24,000 nucleotides of DNA from Aeromonas bestiarum (lineage in GTDB: Bacteria > Pseudomonadota > Gammaproteobacteria > Enterobacterales > Aeromonadaceae), in NCBI RefSeq assembly GCF_000819745.1, contig NZ_CDDA01000037.1, positions 71,744 to 95,743 of the forward strand, in the 5' to 3' direction. The translations under genes were made by a program, and so were the position numbers. Below, in pieces: positions 7,059 to 15,082 of this stretch. The notes beneath the pieces were generated by a model, which was not told the DNA's origin, made no database searches, and worked only from the letters and a program-made list of their open reading frames with translations. Positions within the stretch are counted from its first letter, which is position 1. Every line of letters starts with the position of its first letter.

Positions 7059-8354
7059 ATGGTGACCAAGCGGGCGTTATGGCTGCTGCCGGTGCTGGCG
7101 ACAGTGATCTGGTGGGCGGGATATGCAGGAGATGCCAACGGCGTCTGGCCCTGGCGCCATGAGATGTTGCTGCTGACCGGCTTGCTGGGGCTGGGTTACA
7201 TGGCGCTGACCCTGTTGCTGGCACTGCGCCTGCCGAGACTGGAAGTCTGGTGTGGCGGGCTGGATCGCATGTTGCGATTCCATCGTCACAGCGCCATGGC
7301 CGCGACCCTGGCCCTGACCAGTCACTGGTTGCTGGTGGAAGCGCCCAAGTGGGCAGTGACGGCCGGCTGGTTGACCCGGCCGGCCCGTCGGGGGGCTGGC
7401 AGCGGGGCCGGAGCGGGTGCCGGTAATGGCCTCTCCCTGCATGCCCTTGGCAATACGCTGGGGGAGTGGAGCTTCTATCTGCTGATCGCCCTGGTGGTGG
7501 TGAGCCTGTTGTCACTGGTGAGTTATGGCCGTTTTCGGCTGATCCACCGTCTGGCACCGCTCATCTATCTGGCTGGGTGGATACACGGTCTTTGCCTGTT
7601 GCCCCAGGTTGGCCTGCTGACACCCGTGGGGCTCGGAATAACTCTGCTGGGTGGCGCAGGGGCTGTGGCTGCCATCTACTCCCTGCTGGGCTTGACCGGT
7701 CAGCGGGAGCGTCATCAGGGCCGCATAGTGGCGCTGCGCACCCTGGCGGACAGTACCCGTGAATTCACCTTGCAGCTGGAGACGCCGTTGTCGCACTACA
7801 GGCCAGGCCAGTTTGCCTTCTTCGAGTTTGATGCGAGTGAGGGCCCTCATCCCTTCACGCTGGTGCGGGTGTCGCCCGACAAGCGTCAGCTGGTGATCGC
7901 GGTGCGGGCGCTGGGAGACCATACCCGTCAGCTGGTCGAGGCGGCCCGGATCGAGGATGCAGTGACCGTGACAGGGCCTTATGGCGCCTTTGTCTGTCCC
8001 GCTCGACATGGGCAGTCGCTCTGGCTTGGCGCCGGGATCGGCATTACGCCCTTCGTCGCCTGGCTGGAGGGGTTGGTAGCCCGTGGTGAACGAGGGGAGG
8101 GGATCACCTTGATCCAGTGTGCACCGGATCTGGCCGGCGCCGTCTATCACCAGCGATTGGCCGAGTTGTGTCAGCGTACCGGGGTTCGCTATCAGCTGCA
8201 TCTGGACAAGCAGGCGGGGCGGCTGGACTTGGCCAGCCTTGCGCAGAACAAGCCCGCAGACGTCTGGTTCTGCGGGCCGGAAGGGATGGCAGACGCCCTG
8301 GCCCGGCTGTTGCCGGGTGGGCGCCTGCACCGCGAGCTATTTCGCTTTCGCTGA
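7059..8354 (+). CDS. Ferric-reductase-like transmembrane domain fused to an FNR-like FAD/NAD(P)H-binding domain (bacterial NOX/FRE-family flavocytochrome)
   Basis: - ATG 7059 has aaggag 6 nt upstream.
- There are about six TM helices in the first ~215 aa.
- There are two bis-His pairs: H75/H89 (13 residues between them) and H163/H176 (12 residues between them).
- The FAD motif is HPFTL (H264). The NAD(P)H motif is GAGIGITP (324-331). The C-terminus carries WFCGPEGM. Confidence 0.85.
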   Translation: MVTKRALWLLPVLATVIWWAGYAGDANGVWPWRHEMLLLTGLLGLGYMALTLLLALRLPRLEVWCGGLDRMLRFHRHSAMAATLALTSHWLLVEAPKWAVTAGWLTRPARRGAGSGAGAGAGNGLSLHALGNTLGEWSFYLLIALVVVSLLSLVSYGRFRLIHRLAPLIYLAGWIHGLCLLPQVGLLTPVGLGITLLGGAGAVAAIYSLLGLTGQRERHQGRIVALRTLADSTREFTLQLETPLSHYRPGQFAFFEFDASEGPHPFTLVRVSPDKRQLVIAVRALGDHTRQLVEAARIEDAVTVTGPYGAFVCPARHGQSLWLGAGIGITPFVAWLEGLVARGERGEGITLIQCAPDLAGAVYHQRLAELCQRTGVRYQLHLDKQAGRLDLASLAQNKPADVWFCGPEGMADALARLLPGGRLHRELFRFR

Positions 8355-11300
8355 CAACTGGGCGAGGGCGGCCTGCACCGCGGCTTCCAGCTGGGGATCG
8401 CGCCCCGCCAGCATGTCGGCCGGGGTCAGTGCCACCTGCACGTCCGGGATCAGCTCCTGATTTTCGTAAAGCGTGCCGTCCGGATTGCGCAGTCCCAGGG
8501 TCGGGATGCCGTAGGCAAGCCCCGGGATCAGTCTGGATTCGTGGCCATAGACCATGGTGCCCGTGCCCGGCACTGGCTCGCCGATGATGGGACCCACCTT
8601 GAGGGTGCGGTAGTACTGGGGGAAGGCCGAGCCTTCCGAGTAGCTGCCCGCGTTGACCAACACCACGGAGGGCTTGGTCCACTGGCGGGTGGCGGCGTCC
8701 GTCTCCCCCTTGCCGAGCCGTGGCCAGCTGCGGGCCATCCCCTTGGCGCTGCCGTTGCCGGTCAGAAACTCCACCAGGGTGTTGGCCAGGTAGCCGCCCT
8801 TGTTGAAGCGCACGTCCACTATCAGTGCCTCGCGATTGCGCTGACGGCCGAGGGCATCGGCAACCATCTCCTCATACACGGCGCTGCTCATCTCCGGCAG
8901 ATAGACGTAGCCGACTCGACCCTGACTCAGCTGCGCCACCTGGGCGCGGCGCTTGGCGACCCAGCCATCCAGCTGCAGGCGATACTCCTGCGGCAAGTCC
9001 ATGGCGGTGACATCGAGCTGCACCGGATCCTTGCTTCCCTTGGGCAGCAGGGTGAGGGCCAGTCGCTGGCCTGCCTGGTGATTGAGCAGGGCATCCAGCT
9101 CGTTCAGGCTGTGCAGCTCTGCGCCGTTGATGGCCAGCAGGCGGGCGCCCGGCACCAGATCCGTCTCCTGATCCAGCGGGCCGCCGGCCAGCAGGGCCGT
9201 CAGTTCGACCCCGTGTTTGTCTTCGCGCCAGTAGCCGCCGAGGCTGGCGGTGTCATCGGGCAGCCGCGGGAAGGGCGCCGGGCCATAGCCCCAGGTGTGG
9301 GAGACGTTCAGCTCGCCGGCCAGCTCCGCCAGCAGGTTGCCGAAGTCCCGACCATTGCCGATGCCGGGCAGCTGGCGGCGATAGGCGGCCACATAGCCAT
9401 CCCAGTCCACTCCGTTCATGTCGGCCCGATAGAATTCGTCCCGGGTGAGCCGGGTGATCTGGTCAAAGGCGGCCGTCATCCGAGCCTGCCAGCGCCCGCT
9501 CTGCAACAGGGCGAAGGGGTGAGGGGTCGCCTCGCCGGAGGCCATGTCTATCAGGGTCACTTCCCCCTCCCGCACCAGGGTGGCGAGGCTGGCGTCGTCA
9601 TTGAGGCTGGCCAGCGCCGGGCCAGGCTGCTCGGCGAACAGCAGCTTGGTCTCCCCCTTGCGCAGCTCCTGGGCGTAGCCCTTGATCTCGCTCTCGCCAT
9701 TGGCATCCGTCTCCTCCACCAGATAGATCAGGTGATCATCGACGATGCGGCTGGCGAGGACGGGGCCGCGTGGTTGCAACTGCAGCGCTTCCCTGTGTGC
9801 CAGCTTGTCGCTCTCGAAGCCGTAACCCGCCTTGGGGGGCGCCTGTTCGGCGAGGAAGTCGCTCTTGGCGGCGCGGCTGCTGTAGAGGCCGAGCAGGCTG
9901 CCATCCAGTGGCTCGCCGTCGGCGCCGAGCTTGCCGTACTTGGCGGATTGCCAGTAGAGGATGCCGCCATCCTGACTCCAGGCCGGGCTGCCATCCTGAT
10001 AACCGTTGAGGCTGACGTTGACCGGTTTGGCCTTGGCGTCCCAGGTGTCGATGACGGCGATCTCCTGCTGGGCCGAGTCGGGCTGTAGGGTCAGCGCCAG
10101 ATGGCGGGAGTCGGGGGCGAAGGCCAGCTCCACCGCATGGCGGGAGGGGTTGAACTCGGCGGCGACCAGCGGTCGCTGCTTGCCGCTGGCCAGATCCAGC
10201 AGGTGCACGGCCTGACCGTCCACCACGAAGGCGAGCTGCTTGCCGTCGGGGGAGAGGGTCGGCTTGCTGATGGCAATGCCCGGCATGGCCAGCAGCTTCT
10301 CCTCGATGAGGGGGCCGGGCTCGCTGAACAGCCGGTCCGGCTGCGCCTTCTTCAGGCGATAGAGGGCGGCCGGGCCATGCTGCTCGGAGAGATAAATGAG
10401 CCCCTGTTCCTTGTCCACGTAGCGCGGCGATGACTGCTCGCTGGGGTGGCGGGTGAGCTGGCGTACCCGCTCGCGGCGCGTGTCGACCGCAAACAGATCC
10501 CCCTGGCTCACCAGGATCACCTCCTCCCCATCCTGGCGGACGAGGGCCTCGTCGATGACGACCGGGGTGTCGCTCTGCTCGTCGGGAGCCTGGGCCGAGA
10601 GCGGCCGGATCGTCAGCTTGCGCGGCGTCTCGCTGCCGGCATCGAGCCGGTAGAGCTCACCCTGCCAGGACCAGACCAGATCGCCGTGGCGGGAGGCACT
10701 GAGGCCACGCACCGGATGGCCCTGATAGTGGGTGAGCTGGCGATCCTGACCGCTGGCCAGATCCCGTTGCCAGACGTTGAAATCGCCGCTGCGCTCACTC
10801 AGGTAATAGAGCTTCTCGCCCTTGTCATCCCAGACGGGATCGCTGGCGGCGACCCTGTCTTCGGTCAGCTGGCGATGCTGTTTGCCATCGAACAGCCAGA
10901 GGCGAGAGACGGCAAAGGAGCGCTGGTGCTTGCGAAACGGCTGATCCATGCCCGGCATCTGATAAGCCAGCTGGCTGCCGTGGGGGCGGGCCAGGGTCGC
11001 GGGCAGGGGCTGGGCCGGAGTCAGGGCGCCGCCATCTATGGGGGTCCAGTAGAGGGCGCTGGCCTGCAGCCCCTCTGCCACGAAGTGATCCGCCTCCGGA
11101 CTGGTCAGGCGCTGGCTGCTCAGCAGCAGCTGTTTGCCATCGGCGCTGAATGCCTGGGGCAGGTCGGGGCGCGAATCCCGGGTCAGCCGCACCATCTCGC
11201 CCCCCTCGCTCGGCACCACGAACACGTCTTCATTGCCATAGAGGTTGGCGGCGAAAGCAATCTGCTTGCCATCCGGTGACCAGAGCGGGCGCTGGCTCAG

Positions 11301-11486
11301 GTAGTCGCTGCCGGTGAGCGGCGTGGCGAGGCCGCCGTCCCCCGCACTCAGGTAGATGCGGCTCTGCCAGGTGAACGCAAGCTGCTTGCCATCGGGGGAG
11401 AGCGCAGGCTCGCGCAACCAGCGCGGCTCGGCGGCCTGCAGAGGGGCGCAGATCAGCAGGATCAGCAAGGAGAGTCGGTATCGCAT
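8337..11486 (-). CDS. Tricorn-protease-like periplasmic S41 peptidase (tandem beta-propeller/PD40 repeats, a PDZ domain and an S41 catalytic domain)
   Basis: - Signal peptide: MRYRLSLLILLICAPLQA/AEP.
- It has repeated TolB/PD40-type motifs: LSPDGKQLAF, WSPDGKQIAF, FSADGKQLLL, LSPDGKQLAFVV, FAPDSRHLAL.
- A PDZ-like segment is present: GARLLAINGAELHSLNELDALL.
- S41 motifs are present: IVDVRFNKGGYLANTL and VVLVNAGSYSEGSAF.
- The ~1050-aa size and domain order match tricorn protease homologues. Confidence 0.85.
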   Translation of the reverse strand: MRYRLSLLILLICAPLQAAEPRWLREPALSPDGKQLAFTWQSRIYLSAGDGGLATPLTGSDYLSQRPLWSPDGKQIAFAANLYGNEDVFVVPSEGGEMVRLTRDSRPDLPQAFSADGKQLLLSSQRLTSPEADHFVAEGLQASALYWTPIDGGALTPAQPLPATLARPHGSQLAYQMPGMDQPFRKHQRSFAVSRLWLFDGKQHRQLTEDRVAASDPVWDDKGEKLYYLSERSGDFNVWQRDLASGQDRQLTHYQGHPVRGLSASRHGDLVWSWQGELYRLDAGSETPRKLTIRPLSAQAPDEQSDTPVVIDEALVRQDGEEVILVSQGDLFAVDTRRERVRQLTRHPSEQSSPRYVDKEQGLIYLSEQHGPAALYRLKKAQPDRLFSEPGPLIEEKLLAMPGIAISKPTLSPDGKQLAFVVDGQAVHLLDLASGKQRPLVAAEFNPSRHAVELAFAPDSRHLALTLQPDSAQQEIAVIDTWDAKAKPVNVSLNGYQDGSPAWSQDGGILYWQSAKYGKLGADGEPLDGSLLGLYSSRAAKSDFLAEQAPPKAGYGFESDKLAHREALQLQPRGPVLASRIVDDHLIYLVEETDANGESEIKGYAQELRKGETKLLFAEQPGPALASLNDDASLATLVREGEVTLIDMASGEATPHPFALLQSGRWQARMTAAFDQITRLTRDEFYRADMNGVDWDGYVAAYRRQLPGIGNGRDFGNLLAELAGELNVSHTWGYGPAPFPRLPDDTASLGGYWREDKHGVELTALLAGGPLDQETDLVPGARLLAINGAELHSLNELDALLNHQAGQRLALTLLPKGSKDPVQLDVTAMDLPQEYRLQLDGWVAKRRAQVAQLSQGRVGYVYLPEMSSAVYEEMVADALGRQRNREALIVDVRFNKGGYLANTLVEFLTGNGSAKGMARSWPRLGKGETDAATRQWTKPSVVLVNAGSYSEGSAFPQYYRTLKVGPIIGEPVPGTGTMVYGHESRLIPGLAYGIPTLGLRNPDGTLYENQELIPDVQVALTPADMLAGRDPQLEAAVQAALAQLSAKAK

Positions 11487-11576
11487 CGTGGAGGTTCCTG
11501 AGGGGTGAAAAGCGCCTTATCTTCCCCCAATCCCCCGCGGGGGACTATCCCGAGATAGGGGGGGTATCCCGTTGTT

Positions 11577-11604
11577 TTGGCAGTTAATTGTAACAATCTA
11601 TAAA
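11577..11604 (+). promoter_or_regulatory. Candidate sigma70 promoter for the L,D-transpeptidase gene
   Basis: TTGGCA (11577-11582), a 16-nt spacer, then TATAAA (11599-11604). It lies ~145 nt upstream of ATG 11749. This is a pattern match only. Confidence 0.3.
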
Positions 11605-11748
11605 AGATGGCGCGGGATATGTTTCTCTGGATATATTGAGTATTGATGGCGATCCAATATGATGGCGCTCGCCCGCCACTCGGGGCGGTGCAGTTCAGAT
11701 GATTTGGTAACAAGAAAAGCCCTTACCAGAGGCTTGTCGAGGGATGGA

Positions 11749-12225
11749 ATGAGAGCCGTATTACTGTGTTTGCTGGGGCTGTGGCCCGCACTGAGTTTTG
11801 CCACCTTGTCGGCCGACATGATAGTGGTGAAGAAGTCTTCCTATAGCCTGACCCTGATGAAGGATGGCAAGGAGGTCAAGCGCTACTGGATCGCTCTGGG
11901 GCCGGCCCCCAAGGGTCACAAGCAGCGGGAAGGGGATCAGCGTACGCCGGAAGGGCGCTATATCCTCGACTACAAGAAGACCAACTCCAACTATTACAAG
12001 GCCATCCACATCAACTACCCGAACCTGGACGACATCAAGACGGCCAACGAGCTGGGTGTGCGACCGGGTGGCATGATCATGATCCATGGTCAGCGCAACA
12101 GCATAGGCAACACCCGCTTGCAGCCGTCCAACTGGACCAATGGCTGCATCGCCATGCTCAACAAGGATCTGGACGAAGTGTGGAACGCCATCGAACCTGG
12201 CACCCCCATCGTCATTCAGCCCTGA
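11749..12225 (+). CDS. L,D-transpeptidase family protein (YkuD domain), secreted
   Basis: - ATG 11749 is preceded by gaggga and gives the signal peptide MRAVLLCLLGLWPALSFA/TLS.
- The YkuD catalytic signature is MIMIHGQ...NWTNGCIAM (the His...Gly-Cys motif).
- The 30 residues upstream of this start in the ORF-track call (11659) are not signal-like. Confidence 0.8.
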   Translation: MRAVLLCLLGLWPALSFATLSADMIVVKKSSYSLTLMKDGKEVKRYWIALGPAPKGHKQREGDQRTPEGRYILDYKKTNSNYYKAIHINYPNLDDIKTANELGVRPGGMIMIHGQRNSIGNTRLQPSNWTNGCIAMLNKDLDEVWNAIEPGTPIVIQP

Positions 12226-12237
12226 CCCTCTGCAGCG

Positions 12238-12265
12238 CGCCACCTCCGGGTGGCGTTCTGCTTTT
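12238..12265 (+). terminator. Rho-independent terminator after the L,D-transpeptidase gene
   Basis: The hairpin cgccacc-tccg-ggtggcg is followed by ttctgctttt, 13 nt after the TGA. Confidence 0.55.
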
Positions 12266-12375
12266 CGGCTCCCCCTGTTCTGTCTCCATCCTCTCTTTAT
12301 CCGCAGCCCCTTGGTATCTGTCCCCCTGCTGTGCTAGTTTTTCCGGCTCGCCGTGGATGCAACAAGGATGATCCC

Positions 12376-13095
12376 ATGCCGTCAGCAACAAGCTCCCAGC
12401 CCGTCGGGGCCGAGAGTAGCCGCGCGCTCTGGTGGCGCGCTTCCATCGATATTCTGCCGCTCTCTATCTCCGTCATTCCCTGGGGGATCCTGTGTGGCGC
12501 CCTGGCGCTGCAGGTAGGCTTGAGCCCGCTGCAGGCCCAGCTGATGTCGCTGCTGGTCTATGCCGGCGCCGCCCAGCTCTCGGCCACCACCCTGTTCGGG
12601 GCCGGTACGCCCCTGCTGCCCATCATGGGCTCCACCTTCGTCATCACCTCCCAGCATCTGCTCTACGGCTTCACCTTTCGCCGCGACGTGCTGCCGCTCT
12701 CCCTGAGCTGGCGCGCCAGTCTGGCCTTCTTCCTGACCGACGAGATGTTCGCGGTGGCGCTCAAAGACCGGGAGCGCAGCGGCCGTTTCGATCCGGCCTA
12801 CGCGCTCATTGCCGGCTTCGTCTTCTATCTGTTCTGGAATGCGGCGACCCTGCTCGGCATCGCCGCCGGTCAGTACATAGACGGGCTGGACAAGATGGGG
12901 CTGGACTTTGCCATCGCCGCCACCTTCATCGCCATGACCATACCCGCCATGAAGAACCTGCCCATGGTGGCGGCGACCCTGGTGAGCGGCGGCACTGCGC
13001 TGCTCACCAAGCCGCTGCTGGCGGAGATCCATATCATCATATCGGCGCTGGCCGGCATGCTGGTGGGCTACGTGCTGCACCGGATGAGGAGATGA
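12376..13095 (+). CDS. azlC: AzlC-family branched-chain amino acid transport protein (YgaZ-like)
   Basis: - ATG 12376 has aaggatga upstream.
- The sequence is polytopic and hydrophobic, with an AzlC-like N-terminal region: ILPLSISVIPWGILCGALALQVGLSPLQAQLMSLLVYAGAAQL.
- It is immediately followed by, and coupled to, an AzlD-like gene.
- The ORF-track start at 12250 adds 42 Pro/Ser-rich residues from a pyrimidine-rich leader. Confidence 0.85.
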   Translation: MPSATSSQPVGAESSRALWWRASIDILPLSISVIPWGILCGALALQVGLSPLQAQLMSLLVYAGAAQLSATTLFGAGTPLLPIMGSTFVITSQHLLYGFTFRRDVLPLSLSWRASLAFFLTDEMFAVALKDRERSGRFDPAYALIAGFVFYLFWNAATLLGIAAGQYIDGLDKMGLDFAIAATFIAMTIPAMKNLPMVAATLVSGGTALLTKPLLAEIHIIISALAGMLVGYVLHRMRR

Positions 13096-13439
13096 CCATG
13101 AGCTGGCTGATGATAGGCCTGCTGGCCCTGATTACCTTCTTCAACCGCTTTGCCTTCTTCTCGCGGCTGACCCGCTATCAACCGGGCGCCGAGATGGGGG
13201 CCTTCCTCAGCTTTTCGGCCCAGTCGGTGTTGACCGCCATCTGGCTGCCCATCGTCTTCAGCTATGAGCCGGGCAAGGGACTGACGTGGGATCCGGACTA
13301 CCTGGCCGCCACCCTGTTGGTGACGGCGCTGACCCTGTTGCGGCTGCCGACCCTGCTGGTGGTCGTGGTGGGCATGGGGGGCTTCTTCCTGCTGCGCTGG
13401 CAGGGGGTGCTGGCGGCGCTGCTGCCCTGGTTTGGCTGA
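13092..13439 (+). CDS. azlD: AzlD-family branched-chain amino acid transport protein (YgaH-like)
   Basis: - ATG 13092 overlaps the azlC TGA (ATGA coupling).
- The 115-aa hydrophobic protein MTMSWLMIGLLALITFFNRFAFF... has the AzlD-typical N-terminus.
- In the ORF track it appears only as the tail of the artefactual 12432..13439 ORF. Confidence 0.8.
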   Translation: MTMSWLMIGLLALITFFNRFAFFSRLTRYQPGAEMGAFLSFSAQSVLTAIWLPIVFSYEPGKGLTWDPDYLAATLLVTALTLLRLPTLLVVVVGMGGFFLLRWQGVLAALLPWFG

Positions 13440-13555
13440 GCCGTGATCCCGCATGGTGGATGTCTTTTATGGATATCCGCCATGTTGTGAATGTCACTTC
13501 AAAAAACACCTCCCAAGTGTGAGGATTTAGGGACCATCCGCCAAGGAGCTCCCCC

Positions 13556-15082
13556 ATGTCTTTCACCGAAACCTGTCAGCGCATAGTGCGTGATCACCAC
13601 CTCTCTGCCGCCCAGAAGAGTCATGCCCTGGCGCTGGCCGCCGAAAATGCGCTGCCTTACCCCGAGCTGCCCCCGGCGGTCGCCGAGGCTAGGGTGCAGG
13701 GTTTTCTCTGTGACATGTTCGAGGGGCATGCCCCCTACAAGCCGCGTTACGTGCTGCCGGATTATGCAAAGTTCCTGAGTCAGGGATCTGCCTGGCTGGA
13801 GCTGGCGCCGCCGCAGGATTTCGACGAGGCGCTCGATGCCCTGCGCATCCTCTATCACCATGTGCCCTCCGTCACCGGCATGCCGGTCTGGCTGGGGCGG
13901 CTCGATCATCTGCTGCTGCCCTTTGTGGGCGAGCTGGATGACGAGACCCTCCATCGCAAGCTGAAGGGGTTCTGGATCTACCTGGATCGGGTGCTGCCGG
14001 ATGCCTTCATGCACGTCAACATAGGCCCCGATGACAACCGTCTCTGCCGCCTGATCCTGCGCATCGACGGCGAGCTCAAGCAGGTGGCGCCGAACCTGAC
14101 CCTGTTCCACGATCCGGCGCAGACCCCGGACAGCCTGCTGATGCTGGCGGTGCAGAACATAGCCAGCTGCAGCAAGCCGCACATCGCCAACTACCCGCTC
14201 CATAGCAACACCTTCGATGAGCGCGGCTTTGGCATCGTCAGCTGCTACAACGCCCTGCCCCAGGCCGGGGGGGCCAATACCCTGGTGCGGCTCTCCCTCA
14301 AGCGGGTGGCCGAGCAGGCCCATGGCATAGACGACTTCATGGGCTGTCTGCTGCCCCACTACTGCCGTCTCGCCTCCCAACTGATCGAGGCGCGCGCCGC
14401 CTTCCTCCATCAGGAGTCCGGCTTCTTCGACAGCTTCCTGGTCAAGGAGGGCTTGCTCGATGAGGATCGCTTCGTGCCCATGTTCGGCATCTATGGCATG
14501 GCGGAGGCGGTCAATTTGCTGATGGACAAGGAGAATCTGCCCGAGCGCTACGGCCGTGACGAGGAGGCCAACCAGCTTGGCTATCGCATCTCGGCCCAGC
14601 TCTCCCGCCATGTGACCGAGACGCCACAGGTACACGCCTGGGGCGGTCGCGCCCTGCTCCACTCCCAGGGCGGGCTCAGTGTGGATCGCGGCGTGACGCC
14701 CGGAGTGCGCATCCCTTACGGCCAGGAGCCGGATCCGGCCAGCCATGTGCTGGCGCTGGCGCCGCACCACGGCTTCTATCACTCCGGGATCAGCGAGATC
14801 CTGACCCTGGATCCCACCATACGCCAGAACCCGCAGGCGTTGTTGCAGCTCTGCAAGGGAGCGCTCGCCATCGGCATGCGCGAGTTCACCGCCAACGTGG
14901 CGGACAGCGATCTGGTGCGGGTGACCGGCTACATGATCCGCAAGAGCGACGTGGCCCGTTTCGCGACCGAGGGCTCGCGGCTGCAGACCACTTGCCTCGG
15001 CGCCGAGGCGAGCGAGCTGACCGGGATCCGCCAGCGGGCGCCGCGGGTAGTGGGGCGCGAGGCGACCCTGTGTGACTACTGA
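13556..15082 (+). CDS. yjjI: YjjI-family glycyl radical enzyme (DUF3029-type), substrate unknown
   Basis: - ATG 13556 has aaggag 7 nt upstream.
- The 508-aa size is similar to E. coli YjjI.
- The C-terminal glycyl-radical fingerprint is DLVRVTGYMIRK (Gly458, nt 14927-14929).
- It is followed by an overlapping YjjW-type activase gene, the same pairing as E. coli yjjI-yjjW. Confidence 0.85.
   Translation: MSFTETCQRIVRDHHLSAAQKSHALALAAENALPYPELPPAVAEARVQGFLCDMFEGHAPYKPRYVLPDYAKFLSQGSAWLELAPPQDFDEALDALRILYHHVPSVTGMPVWLGRLDHLLLPFVGELDDETLHRKLKGFWIYLDRVLPDAFMHVNIGPDDNRLCRLILRIDGELKQVAPNLTLFHDPAQTPDSLLMLAVQNIASCSKPHIANYPLHSNTFDERGFGIVSCYNALPQAGGANTLVRLSLKRVAEQAHGIDDFMGCLLPHYCRLASQLIEARAAFLHQESGFFDSFLVKEGLLDEDRFVPMFGIYGMAEAVNLLMDKENLPERYGRDEEANQLGYRISAQLSRHVTETPQVHAWGGRALLHSQGGLSVDRGVTPGVRIPYGQEPDPASHVLALAPHHGFYHSGISEILTLDPTIRQNPQALLQLCKGALAIGMREFTANVADSDLVRVTGYMIRKSDVARFATEGSRLQTTCLGAEASELTGIRQRAPRVVGREATLCDY

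Noticed and set aside
8541-11279. Plus-strand ORFs 8541..10088 (515 aa) and 10446..11279 (277 aa), antisense to the tricorn-like protease gene.
   Set aside because: These are shadow ORFs of a GC-rich gene. Their translations are Gly/Ala/Leu/Gln-rich and featureless. The minus strand has PD40, PDZ and S41 motifs and a signal peptide.
12432-13091. The first 220 codons of the 335-aa ORF 12432..13439.
   Set aside because: This part is an out-of-frame shadow of azlC (Arg/Pro/Gly/His-rich). Only the last 115 codons, from ATG 13092, form the real AzlD-like membrane protein.
13487-13497. The inverted repeat GTGA-N3-TCAC ~60 bp upstream of yjjI, considered as a CRP or FNR site for anaerobic control.
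   Set aside because: The spacing is wrong for CRP (TGTGA-N6-TCACA). The half-sites do not match FNR (TTGAT-N4-ATCAA). It is too short to call without comparative data.
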